Shown: piece by piece, positions 50,470 through 63,530 of the stretch | How positions within the stretch are numbered: position 1 is the first letter of the stretch | Layout: each line of letters begins with the position of its first letter | NCBI GenBank assembly: GCA_002189035.1 | Contig: CM007989.1 | Coordinates: 7,874,001-7,938,000 of the forward strand | Direction: 5' to 3' | Length of the DNA: 64,000 nucleotides | Origin: Utricularia gibba | Lineage: Eukaryota; Plantae; Magnoliophyta | The notes under the pieces: generated by a model | Seen by the model: only the letters and a program-made list of their open reading frames with translations | Told to the model about the DNA's origin: nothing | Database searches by the model: none | Made by a program: the position numbers and the translations under genes

Positions 50470-52584
50470 TCTTCTTCTTCTTCTTCAATCAAGATCTCCA
50501 TCCATTTCTAAACAGCTTCTGCGCTCAAGAGTAAAGAGATCTGAGGAACTGAAAACGCTAAAGCCCCAGAGAGAAAGGAAGAGCTCCTTGTGGAAGATTA
50601 GAACTCAGAAAAGGAAGCAAACAATGGATGGAATGGGAAAAAAGGCGTGTCGGTTGGGTTCCATTGAAATTCTTCGGAGACATGTGTTACAGGCAAAAAA
50701 GAAAAACAAAAGAAGAAGATGATGAAAACAATATTTTTATAAACATTATTTTAAAATATTTATGCTAAAAATATATTTTATTTGACATTTTGAAATCTCT
50801 GACTGTGAAGCTTGAATTAAAAAAAAAAAAGATAATTTTAATTTATTTACTTAATAATCATTTATTTTTTTTAAAAAAATGATGCTGGGGATTTGGATTC
50901 ACAGATAAAATTGAATGTATAGAAGTGGACCAAGATTCTGAAAGCGAAGGGACACACAACTATCCATGTCTAGCATTAGGAAAGATTAACCACATTTGAG
51001 TATAATAAAAGTGCCAAATCTTTACCCTAAAATCACGGAGCTTAGTCATGATATGATAATGTGATGTTCCGTCTCATGAAAGGGCTTTAACCAAATCTCA
51101 CATGGATTTCAAATGGAATAGAGTATAAGATTAAGTAAAATTATCATGTAAATCTTGCACAAGTCATTTTTTCAAACATGATGGATGATCATTGATAGTA
51201 AATTTAAAATTAAATATGCTTGGTCTGAAATAAAGTTAGGATGGATTATATTTTGATAATACAGATAAAAAAAATATAAAATCGTAAGAATTAGATATTT
51301 GAAAGATATTATATTATACAAAATGATAGTAAATTGTTATATTTATTATCAACACCAAGTGAATTAAGATTCTTTAAATAAAAATATCATTATAATTTTG
51401 AACGATACATTCTTTATGAAGAAATTGTTCATAATGTTTTGCGAGTGTTAAGTTTCTGGGACAAGGCAAATTCACCCATCAGAGCGCCTTCTTGGGGAAG
51501 CCGGGAAACCAGGGTGTGGGGTTGTTGAGGATCCACATCCAGGGTTTTCCGGCGAGTACTTTTACATGGGATGTACTGATGATATCTGGGTGGGAGAAAA
51601 TACAGACAGGAGTTGAATAGACAAAATGCCTGGCATCCGTCGCCATCCTCCAACTGCTCCCTTCTTCCCCGTCTTGAATGCCAGCAGCCCTCTCTTTTAA
51701 TAGATTCTTTCTTCCCCAAATCCCAAGTTTCCCACAAACAGCAACACACCCAGGCGCTTCATCCCAACCAACCCACCGGGATCGGAGGAGCAACCTCTTT
51801 CAGGAAAAGAGAATCTGAGACGGGGTTAGGACAGGAGGGAAGGGAGAGCAAGCACTGAGAAGTCAGAGAGAGGATGGTGGAGTCTGCAGGGCTGTGGAGG
51901 TGCCATCGGAAAACTGAAAAGAAGGACAAGTGGGAAATGATTTGGTAATCGATGGCTCCATGATTCCGGTGGGCCAAGGGAATGATGACGATGACCCAAG
52001 GATTCTGAGTTACTGGATTTTGTGGAGGAGTAACTGGACTAGGCCCATCGGCGAACCGGGTACTACTGCTGTAAAGTGGAGATAACACAAGGCCCAACCT
52101 TCAGCCCACCGGGGAAATGGGCGACGGCGCGTTGGGAATGCCTCCATGGCCCGGATCGGCGGTCGGATGGAAACCGGATAAGAATGAAGAGGGAAAGCAC
52201 CGGTCGCTGGTCCCAATGATTACTGTAAAGCATCATCGTCCTTTAAAATTTGACAGAGACCCCCGCTGCGCAGAAAGGATGACGGCGGGTTGGACCCGAC
52301 GACCGCAGTAGAGTGTCGGTGATCGGAAACACGACGTTGCCGATTTGCTGCACAATGCAGATCGTCTACTCTTGTCTTACTAAGTAAAAGACGAGTATCC
52401 AGATGGTGTGCTGTTTTTAACTTCCCGGCGATGAGTCACCACCGGTAAAGCTAAAAAAAAATTGCACGGGGGAACGCGTGGAGCCGCCCATGGCCGCGGC
52501 GGGGACCACGTTCTCCTTCTTGTTTCCCAGTGATTGTCCATAAGTACTCACTCACTCTCTGCTGCTCCCCTCACTCACTCTCAC

Positions 52585-53898
52585 ATGGCTTCTCTCAAAA
52601 GGTGTCTCTTCTTCCTTGCGCTCTTTCCTCTCCTGCGCCTTTCGGTGCAAGAATCCCACCACCATTATGGCCGTCCGATCTCACTCCACCTTACCAGAAC
52701 TTCTTTGTCAAACATATCGGGACTCTTCTCCTCCTCCCTTGCAGCAGCTACTAAAACGGCGGCGACGCGCCCCCGCCCACCCTTCTACTACAACTACCAT
52801 AACTCATTCAAGTACTCAATGGCTCTAATCGTCTCATTGCCCATCGGAACCCCGCCGCAGACTCAGAGAATGGTACTGGATACAGGGAGCCAGCTGTCGT
52901 GGATTCAGTGCCACGGGAAGACGAAACAGAGGCTGCCGCCGGCGTCCGCTTTTATACCTTCGCTCTCATCCTCCTTCTCCGTCCTACCTTGCAGTCATCC
53001 GATCTGTAAGCCCAGAACACCGGATTTCACCCTCCCTACCACCTGCGACCAGAAACGCCTATGCCATTATTCCTATTTCTACGCCGACGGGACTCTGGCT
53101 GAGGGGAATCTCGTCAAGGAGAAGATCACCTTTTCTCCTTCTAGAGTTACTCCTCCCTTGATCCTTGGATGCGCAACTGATTCCGGCGAGGCGGAGGGTA
53201 TTCTTGGAATGAATGTTGGCCGGCTGTCGTTCGCTTCTCAAGCCAGGGTGCCCAGATTTTCCTACTGTGTACCGGCGAAATCGCAAGGGCAGAGCAGCGC
53301 CAATGGTACATTTTACCTGGGCCGAAATCCCTACTCCCGAAGTTTCCATTACATCAAGCTATTGACGTTCCCAGAAAGTCAGCGAATGCCCAATCTGGAT
53401 CCCTTCGCCTACACCGTCACCCTGACCGGAATCCGATTCGGGAGAAAAAAACTCAACATCCCCCCATCCGTCTTCCTGCCAAACGGCGGCGGATCCGGGC
53501 AGACGATGATCGATTCCGGCACACAGTACACTTTTCTCGTGGACGCCGCCTATTCCAAGGTCCGTGAGCAGGTAATGAGGCGCGCGGGGCGGAAACTGAA
53601 GAAGGACTACATCTTCGCCGGCGCCCTGGACATGTGCTTCGACGGGAGCCCCGTTGAGGTCGGACGCCTGATCGGGCAAATCGGTTTCCAATTCGAAAAC
53701 GGAGTCGAGATCGTGATCGACAAGGAGCGGAACCTGGACCACGTCGGCGACGGCGTACATTGCCTCGGAATCGGCCGATCGGAATCCCTCGGCATCGCGA
53801 GCAACATCATCGGAAACTTCCACCAGCAAAACCTCTGGGTGGAGTTCGATTTGATTAATCGAAGATTAGGTCTCGCGAGGGCCAAGTGTGGGAAATAA
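52585..53898 (+). CDS. Secreted A1-family (nucellin/PCS1-like) aspartic protease, intronless
   Basis: Signal peptide MASLKRCLFFLALFPLL; catalytic motifs VLDTGS and MIDSGT; IIGNFHQQNLWVEFDL. Confidence 0.95.
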   Translation: MASLKRCLFFLALFPLLRLSVQESHHHYGRPISLHLTRTSLSNISGLFSSSLAAATKTAATRPRPPFYYNYHNSFKYSMALIVSLPIGTPPQTQRMVLDTGSQLSWIQCHGKTKQRLPPASAFIPSLSSSFSVLPCSHPICKPRTPDFTLPTTCDQKRLCHYSYFYADGTLAEGNLVKEKITFSPSRVTPPLILGCATDSGEAEGILGMNVGRLSFASQARVPRFSYCVPAKSQGQSSANGTFYLGRNPYSRSFHYIKLLTFPESQRMPNLDPFAYTVTLTGIRFGRKKLNIPPSVFLPNGGGSGQTMIDSGTQYTFLVDAAYSKVREQVMRRAGRKLKKDYIFAGALDMCFDGSPVEVGRLIGQIGFQFENGVEIVIDKERNLDHVGDGVHCLGIGRSESLGIASNIIGNFHQQNLWVEFDLINRRLGLARAKCGK

Positions 53899-54736
53899 GA
53901 CACTAACCTCCTTTTTTTTTCTTTATTCCCCAAAAAATATATCAAAATTACGTAAATTCAGATATAAAATAATAATAATAATTCATTAAATACTTAATTA
54001 ATTTGTAAAATAATAATAGAAATAAAATTGTGGAGTTAGGTAAGATATATTAAATATTATTAATTTTATTTGTCACGTCACTGTCAGAAGGTGTTTATTG
54101 GCTGAACGACTCGACTCCATATTTACTCCATGCACGCCACTAGTACATTGCCTCGTTATTACATCAATAAATATAATATAATAAATAATATCTTTATCGG
54201 AGTTTACTATGTCTGCCCCTGGGTAAATAAAGGTAAAGCTGAATGATAAAAGTGTAAAAAAAAAAAGAAAAAAAGAAAACGACTGCAGCCCACTGAGGGG
54301 TGAGTGTCTGCTCAGGCCCACTGTCTCCAATTAAGGCCCATTAGTTACGTACGGCCCAGTCAAACTCTGAACCGGTTCAGTCGAAACCATCACAAAAACG
54401 GTTCCAATTATACATCCTAGTTGAAAACTTAGTAGCCGACCCGACCCGGGTCTATGGGCTCAAAATAACTAGAAAGTCTAAATAGTTTGAATGTGTTTGG
54501 TAGAGACGATAAAAGGAAATAATTAAATGGGAAAAAAAATTAATATGTTTGATAAATGAAATAAATTATATTCAATATAAGTTATATCATGAATATGAAA
54601 TAAAATAATAAAATGAAAAGATGTGATAAAATTATACTATAATATACCCTCTTTTTATATACCACTTCTTATTTCTTATATAATTTATTTATATACCAAA
54701 TAGTTATTTTACTATGCTTTTCAACATACTGTAATA

Positions 54737-55108
54737 CTAATCTTCTCGGGGCCTGGGGTGCACAGAGCGCTGACTCTCCACTACATCATCCACCGATGAT
54801 CCGCAACCAGAAGCACGCCCGACCCAGAAACCTATACCCTTGTTCCTCTTCTTCTTCCTCCTCCTCTCTTGCATGGCCTTTTTCTTGTTCTGGCTCGATT
54901 GGATGTAGTAATCGAGCAGCTTGCATATGCTCTGTACCTCGTAGCTGTCGAGGAGGGCACTCGGGCTCGAGGATCCGCAGCTGAAGTTGGGCGATTCCGG
55001 CGGGACTCCCGCCCTGTTGGGCGCCGGATCGGGCTTCGCGGATCCCCGGTGGGACTGCGTCCCTGCGCCGGAGTCAGCCGGCGGCTCTGGGACTTTTGTT
55101 CCTCCCAT
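54737..55108 (-). CDS. Small uncharacterised plant protein (123 aa)
   Basis: ATG-started GC-rich ORF between AT-rich spacers, with motifs CGSSSPSALLDSYEV...LLD, a basic RRRKKKR patch and GFW...CGS..DDVVE. These resemble a recurring family of small plant proteins (recall only). Confidence 0.6.
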   Translation of the reverse strand: MGGTKVPEPPADSGAGTQSHRGSAKPDPAPNRAGVPPESPNFSCGSSSPSALLDSYEVQSICKLLDYYIQSSQNKKKAMQERRRKKKRNKGIGFWVGRASGCGSSVDDVVESQRSVHPRPRED

Positions 55109-55648
55109 TCATGCAACAGTAGAAAGAGCTTAGTGCGGCCGAAGGTGTTAATGGAGGGAGGTCTCACAGCATGTGTTCCATATTCAAAGGGAAAAGTCGG
55201 CCCCTATGCACACGCTAGTGATTTGGAAAAATTAATACTTTATTTAAAATCAATTATATTATTATTAAAAATAAGACCAATTTATAACTCAAAAAAATAG
55301 AACTTGAAAGTATATATTTATTTTTTATTTTATTAAAATCATTTTTCAAAAATAATTATTTGAGTTGAAAATAAAACAAAAAATATTATTAATATCGATC
55401 TCAAATATGTCGAAATATTAAATTTTATTGGAGTAAAATGATCATCTTGATCATAATTGTAGAAATGTTATTTTGTAATTTAAATAATTATTTTATAATA
55501 TTAATAAATTAAAAAACGTTGATATAAAAATTGGAAATGAAAAAAAATAAAAAGCTATCGGCTCCTCCGTCGTGGCGGGCCGCTTTTAAACTGGTTGGAG
55601 TTCTTTTTGGGGGAAAGTAAGAAACGGGTCGTTTCAGGAAGATAGAGA

Positions 55649-58600
55649 ATGGTAGCAGAGGGGGAGGAGTCTGGGCGCCATGAAACACTTCTCAAAATTG
55701 CCGCGATTTTGGACGAAGTTCGAACATCGCACGCAGCGCATGTCCGGCGGATCAAGGAACTTGCTGCCCTGAGGTCGTCCTTGCCGTGGCCGGAATTCGG
55801 CTGCTTGTTTCACCGAGCCCTCACACCAATTTTTGATTTTCAACGCAAGACTGCTTCTGCGGAGCGGGTAATCAAGTTCGTCGCTCAATTCGCGTGCTCC
55901 ATCGGTTGCAATGACGAGTCTGGTGATGAGTTTCTGGAGGGATTTATTAGGTTTCTTCTTATGGCTGCAACGGCGGCGAGCAAGACGGCAAGGTCTAGAG
56001 CTTGTCAGATACTCTCAGAGGTTTTTATTTTTTATCTCTTTGAGTTGCCTTCTGCTCAACTCTTCCTGACATATTTGAGCTAAAATGTCTTTTTTTTTTT
56101 TCTCACAATTCTGGCTTTGTAAGATTATTATGCGGTTGCCCGATGATGCTGAAGTGTGCAATGAGATTTGGGATGAAGTGATAGAATTACTAAAATTGCG
56201 TGCTGTAGATAAGGTATCTGCAGTTCGGCTATTTGCCATCAGGGCTCTTGCGCGATTCGCCAATGACTCTGAAAACAAAGACATTGTTGACTTGTTCCTT
56301 GATAATCTGGAAATGGAGCAGAATGGGGTGAGCCATTTCTTGTTCGTTACTTTAAAATAGCTCTTTTTTTGTGGTCACTATAAAATACGGTATATCTTTA
56401 CTGTGCAGTTCCTTCTAACTACGTTTTCAAAATTTCTTTATACAAAGTTTTCCAATCAAATTGTAAATGTCAAGGAACTGCAAGTGCTAGATGTTTTTTT
56501 TTTCCAACACCGTCACTTGTTTATATGCAGGACGTTCGGAAGATAATTGTGTTATCCTTACCGCCCTCTAGTAGGACTCTGCCAATAATAATGGATTGCA
56601 CACTTGATGGGAGTGAGATAGTGCGAAGGGCTGCATACTGCACTCTTTTCAAAAAATTTCCATTACAGAGTCTTAGGTGATTGGCATTTTATCACTGTTC
56701 TGCCTGTTCTCGTGTACCCTGTTCCTTATTTATTCCCAAGTACGAAAGGAGTGATTTTTATGATACCTTTGACAGTATCAAGCTCAGGGCAACCATCCTT
56801 CAGAGGGGCCTTACTGATCGTTCGCCTGCAGTGGCAAACGAGTGCTTGAAGTTGCTGACAGATGAGTGGCTTCAGAAATGTTGCAATGATGATCCCATTG
56901 AGCTGCTCAAGTTTCTTGATGTCGAGACCTATGAATCAGCTGGGGTTGTTGCGCTGGACAATCTACTTAGAGAAGGACTCGTAAAACTGAAGAATTGTGC
57001 AGTCATTACGAAATTCATGATCTCTAAAAGTGATTCTAATGAAGGTTTGTCTATTATATCCATTGCGCATTCTTCCCATGAACTTATTTTCGTCAGGCTT
57101 CTTGCCTTCGTCCTCCCTTGTTCTTTTCTTTTAATCTTTTAAACTTTATGATACAATTGACTCCTAGTCACTGCTTCATTTTCATGTCTTGTGCGAATTG
57201 TACATCAACTGGCATTCCTATATTTAATTGCTTTATGTTTCTTTTTTTCTTGTTCAGGTATACCTATTTCATATAATTTATACCTTTGCATGAAGTTATG
57301 TAAACACATTCGGAGGTTATGACTGCAAGAAATGGTTTCTTTCCTTTTTTTTTTTTTTTTGGCCTTTTTAGATTGATGAACAGAATTTTCTAAGAAGCAT
57401 GCCCTGCTGCCCGATATGCTTCTATGGACTTTTTTCCCCAGAAATTCAGGCTCTTACTTTGGTGCTTGTACCAATTCTTGCTGTGATGAATTGTCAGTTA
57501 CCATCTTTGATATTTTAGATACGCATAACAGGAAGATGCAGTCAGCCAGTCGAACTCATGGATGCAGAACCTGCCCTTTTCTGGAGGATGTTCTCTAAGC
57601 ATCTTTATACACAAGCCCAGGTAAGTTACAAGGATATTTTTATTCATATAGAACATACTCCCTCAGTGAACTGCTTTTTTGGTGTAAGTTTTCAAATGAA
57701 GCCATTAACTAGTGATCGTTAATCTCTGCTAAGGATTGGGATCTTAGCAATATTACTTGTTTAAGCAATTTTTCTCATTGAGAAATTTTATGCACATAAA
57801 ATTATTCCTATTCAGCAGTTTTTTTACCCTCTCACATCAATTCAGATAAAGGGCACTGATGCTGCCATGACTACGGGTATGGAGTCAGAGGTATATGCAG
57901 CAGAAGCTTTGGACAAAAATAATCTTCTTGACAGTATCCTTCCTCCAACAGTTTCCCAATACATTGATTTAGTCAATTTTCATATTGCGGCTGGTTGGTT
58001 CAAAAAGTAGTTTTTTTTGTAAATTAATACGCACAATGGTTTTTTGTTGACATTTGTTTTGCACATAAACCTGCAGGATCTTCTCACAGATTTGTTTCTC
58101 GCCAACTGCTGCTACTCGGCACTATGCTTGATTTCTCAGATATTTCGAGCCAAAAGCAGGCTAGTGAATTTATTAGACATCTATTGTGCATGGACCTGTA
58201 TCATGAATTAGATGAGAATGGAATTGAAGTCATTATAGGAGATGGTTTCAGTTTGGGAGGGGATAGAGATTGGTCTGCTGCTGTATCAGAATTGGCAAAG
58301 AAAGTGCATGCAGCCAAGGGAGAATTTGAGGAGGTTGTTGTCGCGGTGATAGAGGGTCTCTCTCGTCCCTGCCGAGAAAGAACAGCAGACTCTAAGCAGT
58401 GGTTGCATCTGCTTGCAGTTATTGCTTTTCTTTTGGAAAATATTCAGTCATTTTACTATATTGAAGGGAGGGCTACTGATCCATTTGACATTCTCAACTG
58501 CCTGATACTTCCTGGGGTACTTTTTATTCCTTAGGAATCCACGATTCTCATCCTTCATTTTGGCTGGAAGCTTTTCGGAATCTGTCATATTTTCTGCTTC

Positions 58601-60387
58601 TGAATCTTTTGAGTTTATGTTGTCTTCTCACTCTCTGGTATTGCAGGCGAAGCATGCAAACTTGGATGTCCAGAGGGTCTCTATTCGGTGCATTGGCCTG
58701 TTTGGACTACTTGAAAAGAAACCAGGTGCTAGTGTCATAAACCAATTAAAATATTCTTTTGCCAAGGGAGCTCCCATGGTAGCAATAATGGCTTGTAAGG
58801 CCTTGCTCGATCTTGGAATATGGCACAGTCCTGATGAACTGGATAAAGCAACAAGTTGTCATCATTCTTCCACTCCTGATGATCATGAAGTGCATTCACT
58901 TCATGATTACATTTGGGATATGAACGAATACTCAGATGTTAAGCTCTTCGATTTGTTAATCGCTGGGTTGGATCGTGATTGGGGTGAACTGGTGGAAGCA
59001 GAAGAAAACCCATCACTTCGTGATATTTTAGGGGAAGGATTGGCAAAAGTTCTACTACTGAGCAAAAAATTTCCCGTCTCTGACATTTCAAAGCACCATT
59101 TGATTCTGTCTAAGCTCATTATCCTGTATTTCAGCAATGAAAATGGAAAACTTCAAAGGTTAGTCTTTCTTCTAGTCACCTAGTTTGCTACTGCATGCAA
59201 TTCATTATCCTGACTATCACTATTAATGGCGTTTACCTATTGTAGGCTGAAACAAAGCCTATCAGTTTTCTTTGATCACTATCCAGCCCTGTCATCAAGC
59301 CACAAGGTTTACTTTATTTCATATTGCAAACAGATTCCTTGTGGTGGATTCACTAAAATCCTGTCATTTGGAACTGCAGATATGCATATCCAAAGCTTTT
59401 ATACCGGTTATGCGCTCCCTGTGGCCTGGCCTCGGTGGAAACTCTTTAGGTTCTACTCTACTGATCTCCCAGATGCGGAAGCGAGCTGTACAAGCTTCTC
59501 TTTTCATGATGCAGATGATACAGGCTCCCTTACTTGCGGAAGACCTCCCCAAGAAGCGTGAGGAAGAACATGAAATTCCTGTCGCTGAGATGAGGCCCTC
59601 CCCTTGTTATGAAAGCGGTGAGGAAGGACTTGCCATGCGCATTGCGGTGGAGGTAAACATCTACATGCTATTCCAGATCAGATTCACTAATCCTACTCCA
59701 AGTGTAAAACTCCCTTAATTCTCTTGTCAAGGTGGCACGCTTCCAAGCCAAGAAAACAGCTGCTGAAAAAGCATACACCGCTGCACTGTGTAGAGTACTT
59801 ACTGAGCTCCAGTTTCGGGTGGCAGAACAGAGTGCCATCAAACTTTTGAGAAGGATTTTAAATGCAGTACGCGCAACTGTTGCTTCTGAAAAGGATGTTG
59901 CAAGGGGATTGAATCATACGGCTGAACGACTAGAGGCAATAGACCAAACTCCGGATGAGATACTCCCCTCTGATCAGTGCAATCTCATATTAGGTAACTC
60001 AAACAAGGCTCCCTCCCTGTAGCTGATTTCATGTTTCATTGTCTTCACTGATGATTTTACCTGAACAGAGAAGCTGGGTCTGAAATTCGACTTCGACCAG
60101 GAGGTATGCACGCAAGTGCCCCCAACACCGGTAGATCGATCCACCCACATGCGGAACAGGACAAGAAGACCAGCCAGGGCGGCGCTGGAGGAATCTTCCT
60201 CCGATGAAGCAGTGTCACCTCCCCCGTTGCCCCAGCCAATCCCTCCTTGTTCCGATCGCAGCGTGCAAGCAAGACAGCAGCAATGCAGAGAATGGCTGCC
60301 AATCCCCCAGCCAGGATCCCTGAGGACGACTCAAGTGATGTCACAGAGGATGATGCAGGATCACAATCCACCTCTGAAGATGACTGA
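55649..60387 (+). CDS. CAP-G: Condensin I complex subunit CAP-G (HEAT-repeat), about 12 exons
   Basis: KIAAILDEVRTS, R.VDKVSAVRLFAIRAL.R, RGLTDRS..V, RQLLLLGTMLDFSD, LKQSLSVFFDHY and RAVQASLFM; C-terminal RSQRASKTAAMQRM and an acidic tail (needs one extra C at 60221-60225). Confidence 0.92.
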
Positions 60388-61558
60388 TTCTTCTCTGGTG
60401 CATCATCCAACCCCATCTTAAGCTTAGTTGTACGCAGGTGAGGGCACAAGGTGTCCATGGAAACAGGAAAAGTCTGTCCTGAAATCATCAACTCTGCGTT
60501 GTTGGGCTTCATGAGCCTGGTAAGAATTAACTATTGATTTCATTTTGGAATGACAGCAAACGAGTAACAACAAAAACACAAACAAGTGTCTGCTGGAAAT
60601 ATGAAACATGAGTCATCCATCAACTCCGGCCGCCGACCCATGGACCAAGCAACGCCGACACGACAAACTGTACGACCCAAAACCGCCATTCACGACTGAC
60701 AAGACAAACTGGTCCCATTTACGTGATCCGTTTACAGATCCGCTCCATCTTTTTTTGGGTGTGCTGGCGGACACTGTGAATGGAGTAGCAGTGAGTTGAT
60801 GATCACTTTTAACAAGTTTCAAAGCCAAAAACCCAAAAATCCATTACTTGATGAAGACGAGACTATACTCCATGAATCATAATGATTGAACCTCATAATC
60901 TTGTGGGACATATATTTGGCATATCTTAAAATATTAATGATGTGTTTGGTAGTATAGTATAATTAATAATGTGTATTGAATTATTTATATTTAGATAAAT
61001 GTATATTATGTGATTTATAATAAATTTTATTTGGTGCACACATTTTAAATATGCTATGTTTGTATCACAATTGTCATTTTTTCCAAATGTAACCTTGATC
61101 TCTATGTAATTATATTATTCATGTATACAAGGTTGTGTTTGATTTAAAATTCTATTTTTTATTGATTTATTAAATTATAGTCAAATGAAGTTGTCTGAAT
61201 TTTTCGAACACTTAGATTCTCCGGAGTCAGTCAAAGCCTTTGTTTTTTGTTATGGAAGTGTGTGTCGTATAGAAGGATGTCTTGGGATTGGAAATCTGTT
61301 GTATTTGGAGATGAATGAGCTGTAGTTCATTACGTATGGTAGTTTGATTTGGTTGCGGAGGATTCAGTGGACTGACTTTTGATCGGAAAGGAAATTCTGT
61401 AGTGGGGTATGCAAATTCCAGTTTCTGATCAATCGGTGTTCGCGTTCAGATTGTTGACCGGGCGCCGGAACGGGTTTACAGAGGATCGGCCGGCGGGGCG
61501 GCCCGGAGCTCGTAGCTTTATGGTCACTCTACATTTTGTTCCCTCTTTTTTATGATGA

Positions 61559-62395
61559 TTATGGAAACTCAAATCTCAGCAGATCGTCGAGCCATGAGTC
61601 GGTGATCCACATGCTGTCATCGTCTGACAGGCTCGCCGGGAAGATGGGCTCGTCAAGAACGTTGGCGGATGAGCAGGATGAGGAAGATGGAGTTGGTAGT
61701 GAATTGCTGTCGCTGGGTAGAAGAATCTCCCAAGGATCATCCGTCAGCGGGACTTCTTCGACTCCGAAATCGGTGTCCACCGCCACTGCTCCCCCGCCCT
61801 CCGTTTTCTCCTCCTCCACCGGCGCCGCTTCCGGCACTCCCGGCTCCGGTTCTACAGGGAGAGGCTTGTGTGTCAGCGGATCGATCCCCATTTTCCTGAG
61901 CTTCTTCTTGATGTGCGTGTTCCAGTGATTCTTGATTTCGTTGTCCGTCCTCCCGGGAAGATGGGAGGCGATCTTGGACCACCTGAAAATCGCATCATCA
62001 TCATCATCACCTGTTGCTACTTCAACCTCCTGAGTTTCAAAACTCAGACATTCCATCACCTGTTCCCCAGCTGCGCATGGAGATCGATTACAAGCTTCTC
62101 CTCCTGCTCCGACAGAAGCCCCCTCTTGACATCAGGTCTCAGGTAGTTCGTCCATCGCAGTCTGCAGCTCTTTCCGCACCTCAGCAGCCCTGTCCATTCC
62201 CTCAGCTAAAAACAACAGAAACAGAAACAGAAGCAGAAGCAGAAGCAGAAGAAGGAAAGAACCTGCGAGTTTGGGGAGAGCGCGCCAGCAGCAGTGGCCG
62301 TTGGTAAGGATGAAGGTGATGAGCTTCTTGTCTTCCTCCAGAGTCCATGGCCCTTTCTTCAGACCAACTTTATCGCAGCACGGCTGTCTTCCCAT
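61559..62395 (-). CDS. R2R3-MYB transcription factor (MYB20/42/43/85-like); exons 62395-62263, 62189-62060, 61982-61559
   Basis: [18 protein letters not shown]..., family-typical 133-nt and 130-nt first exons, and [31 protein letters not shown]. Confidence 0.95.
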
Positions 62396-63530
62396 CTTAC
62401 CCACTGCCACCAACCTCTCCCCCTCCCCTTTATAACTCCCACGCGCCCTCGCTCTCAAGGGCTCTTTCGGAATTTCCCTAATATTATAATTAGTGAAAAG
62501 TACGCGAATAATCTCCACTATTACCTTAAATGACATAATTGGTTCCTATGAATAGTATTATAATCCCCTTCCGCATTGTCGATAGTTGGAGTCGCATGAC
62601 TCCTCGATTGTATCGGCTAGCGCCCCGGAGTCACCCGGGTTCATGGTTCAACACCACCGACTCCAAAACCCGAATAATATTTCTAAATCAAATGGTGCTT
62701 CAAAACCAATTACTATTATTTGAAAATCGTAGAAAAATAAGTTATATCTTACTAATTTTTATTTTATTAAAATTACTTTTCAAAAATCAATTTTTGAGAA
62801 TCACAATATGTGGTATAGATTAAAACTTAATTTTTCAAACCCATTAATAATTAAATTCATATATCAAATATATTTTAAATCTAATTCTAGAAGTTTCGTT
62901 TTATTATGAATAAATACACGTTATTTTGTAGGGCCCATGGGATTCTAAATTTGAACTATGGTACTTGACCTAAGAGGTCGCTTTACATATTTGGTGAACT
63001 TGAGTTTTCGGTGACCCGAATCCCTTCGTTTTAAAGCAAACCGGGGATTCCGGGCGGGTCGGATGGACCGGAAGGAGACGGATATGGTACGAACAGCCGG
63101 ATTTTCCGTACCCTGAGCCCCAGTGGATTCTAGAAATGGAAAAGCGCGTTTAGGGTTCATACCGTGGAGCAGGATAAGAAACCACGCTTTCTCCCGTCAA
63201 CGCGCCTCGCTGTCCGCCACTTGGACCAGCGGCCAACCCGCACGCGGAATTAGTAATGTGAATCATTATAAAAATGATTAACTTATTTTTAAAATATAAA
63301 AAAATGAATTATAAAATTCAATTATAATTATTATTATAAGAAAAATAATAAAAACTTAAAAAAAAAACAAATAGTTGAATGACAGTTTGAACTACTGTTG
63401 AATTTTTTAAACAACAAATAATTTGTATAAATGATTCATGTTTTTTTTTATGATTTAAAATACTGTTCTAGAATTCATCCCCATGCATTCTTTTTTTTTA
63501 AAAAAAATTATTATCACATAAATTAATCAT

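Noticed and set aside
51626-51645. TGCCTGGC seed resembling miR160
   Set aside because: Only 8 nt match, the rest diverges, and there is no good precursor hairpin.
2499-60225. Strand-specific loss of plus-strand G, programmed frameshifting, or mass pseudogenisation
   Set aside because: The CAP-G case is a plus-strand C-run, so there is no strict strand bias. There are no shared slippery or structural signals and no other decay in essential genes (PP7, CAP-G), so consensus error is the simplest explanation.
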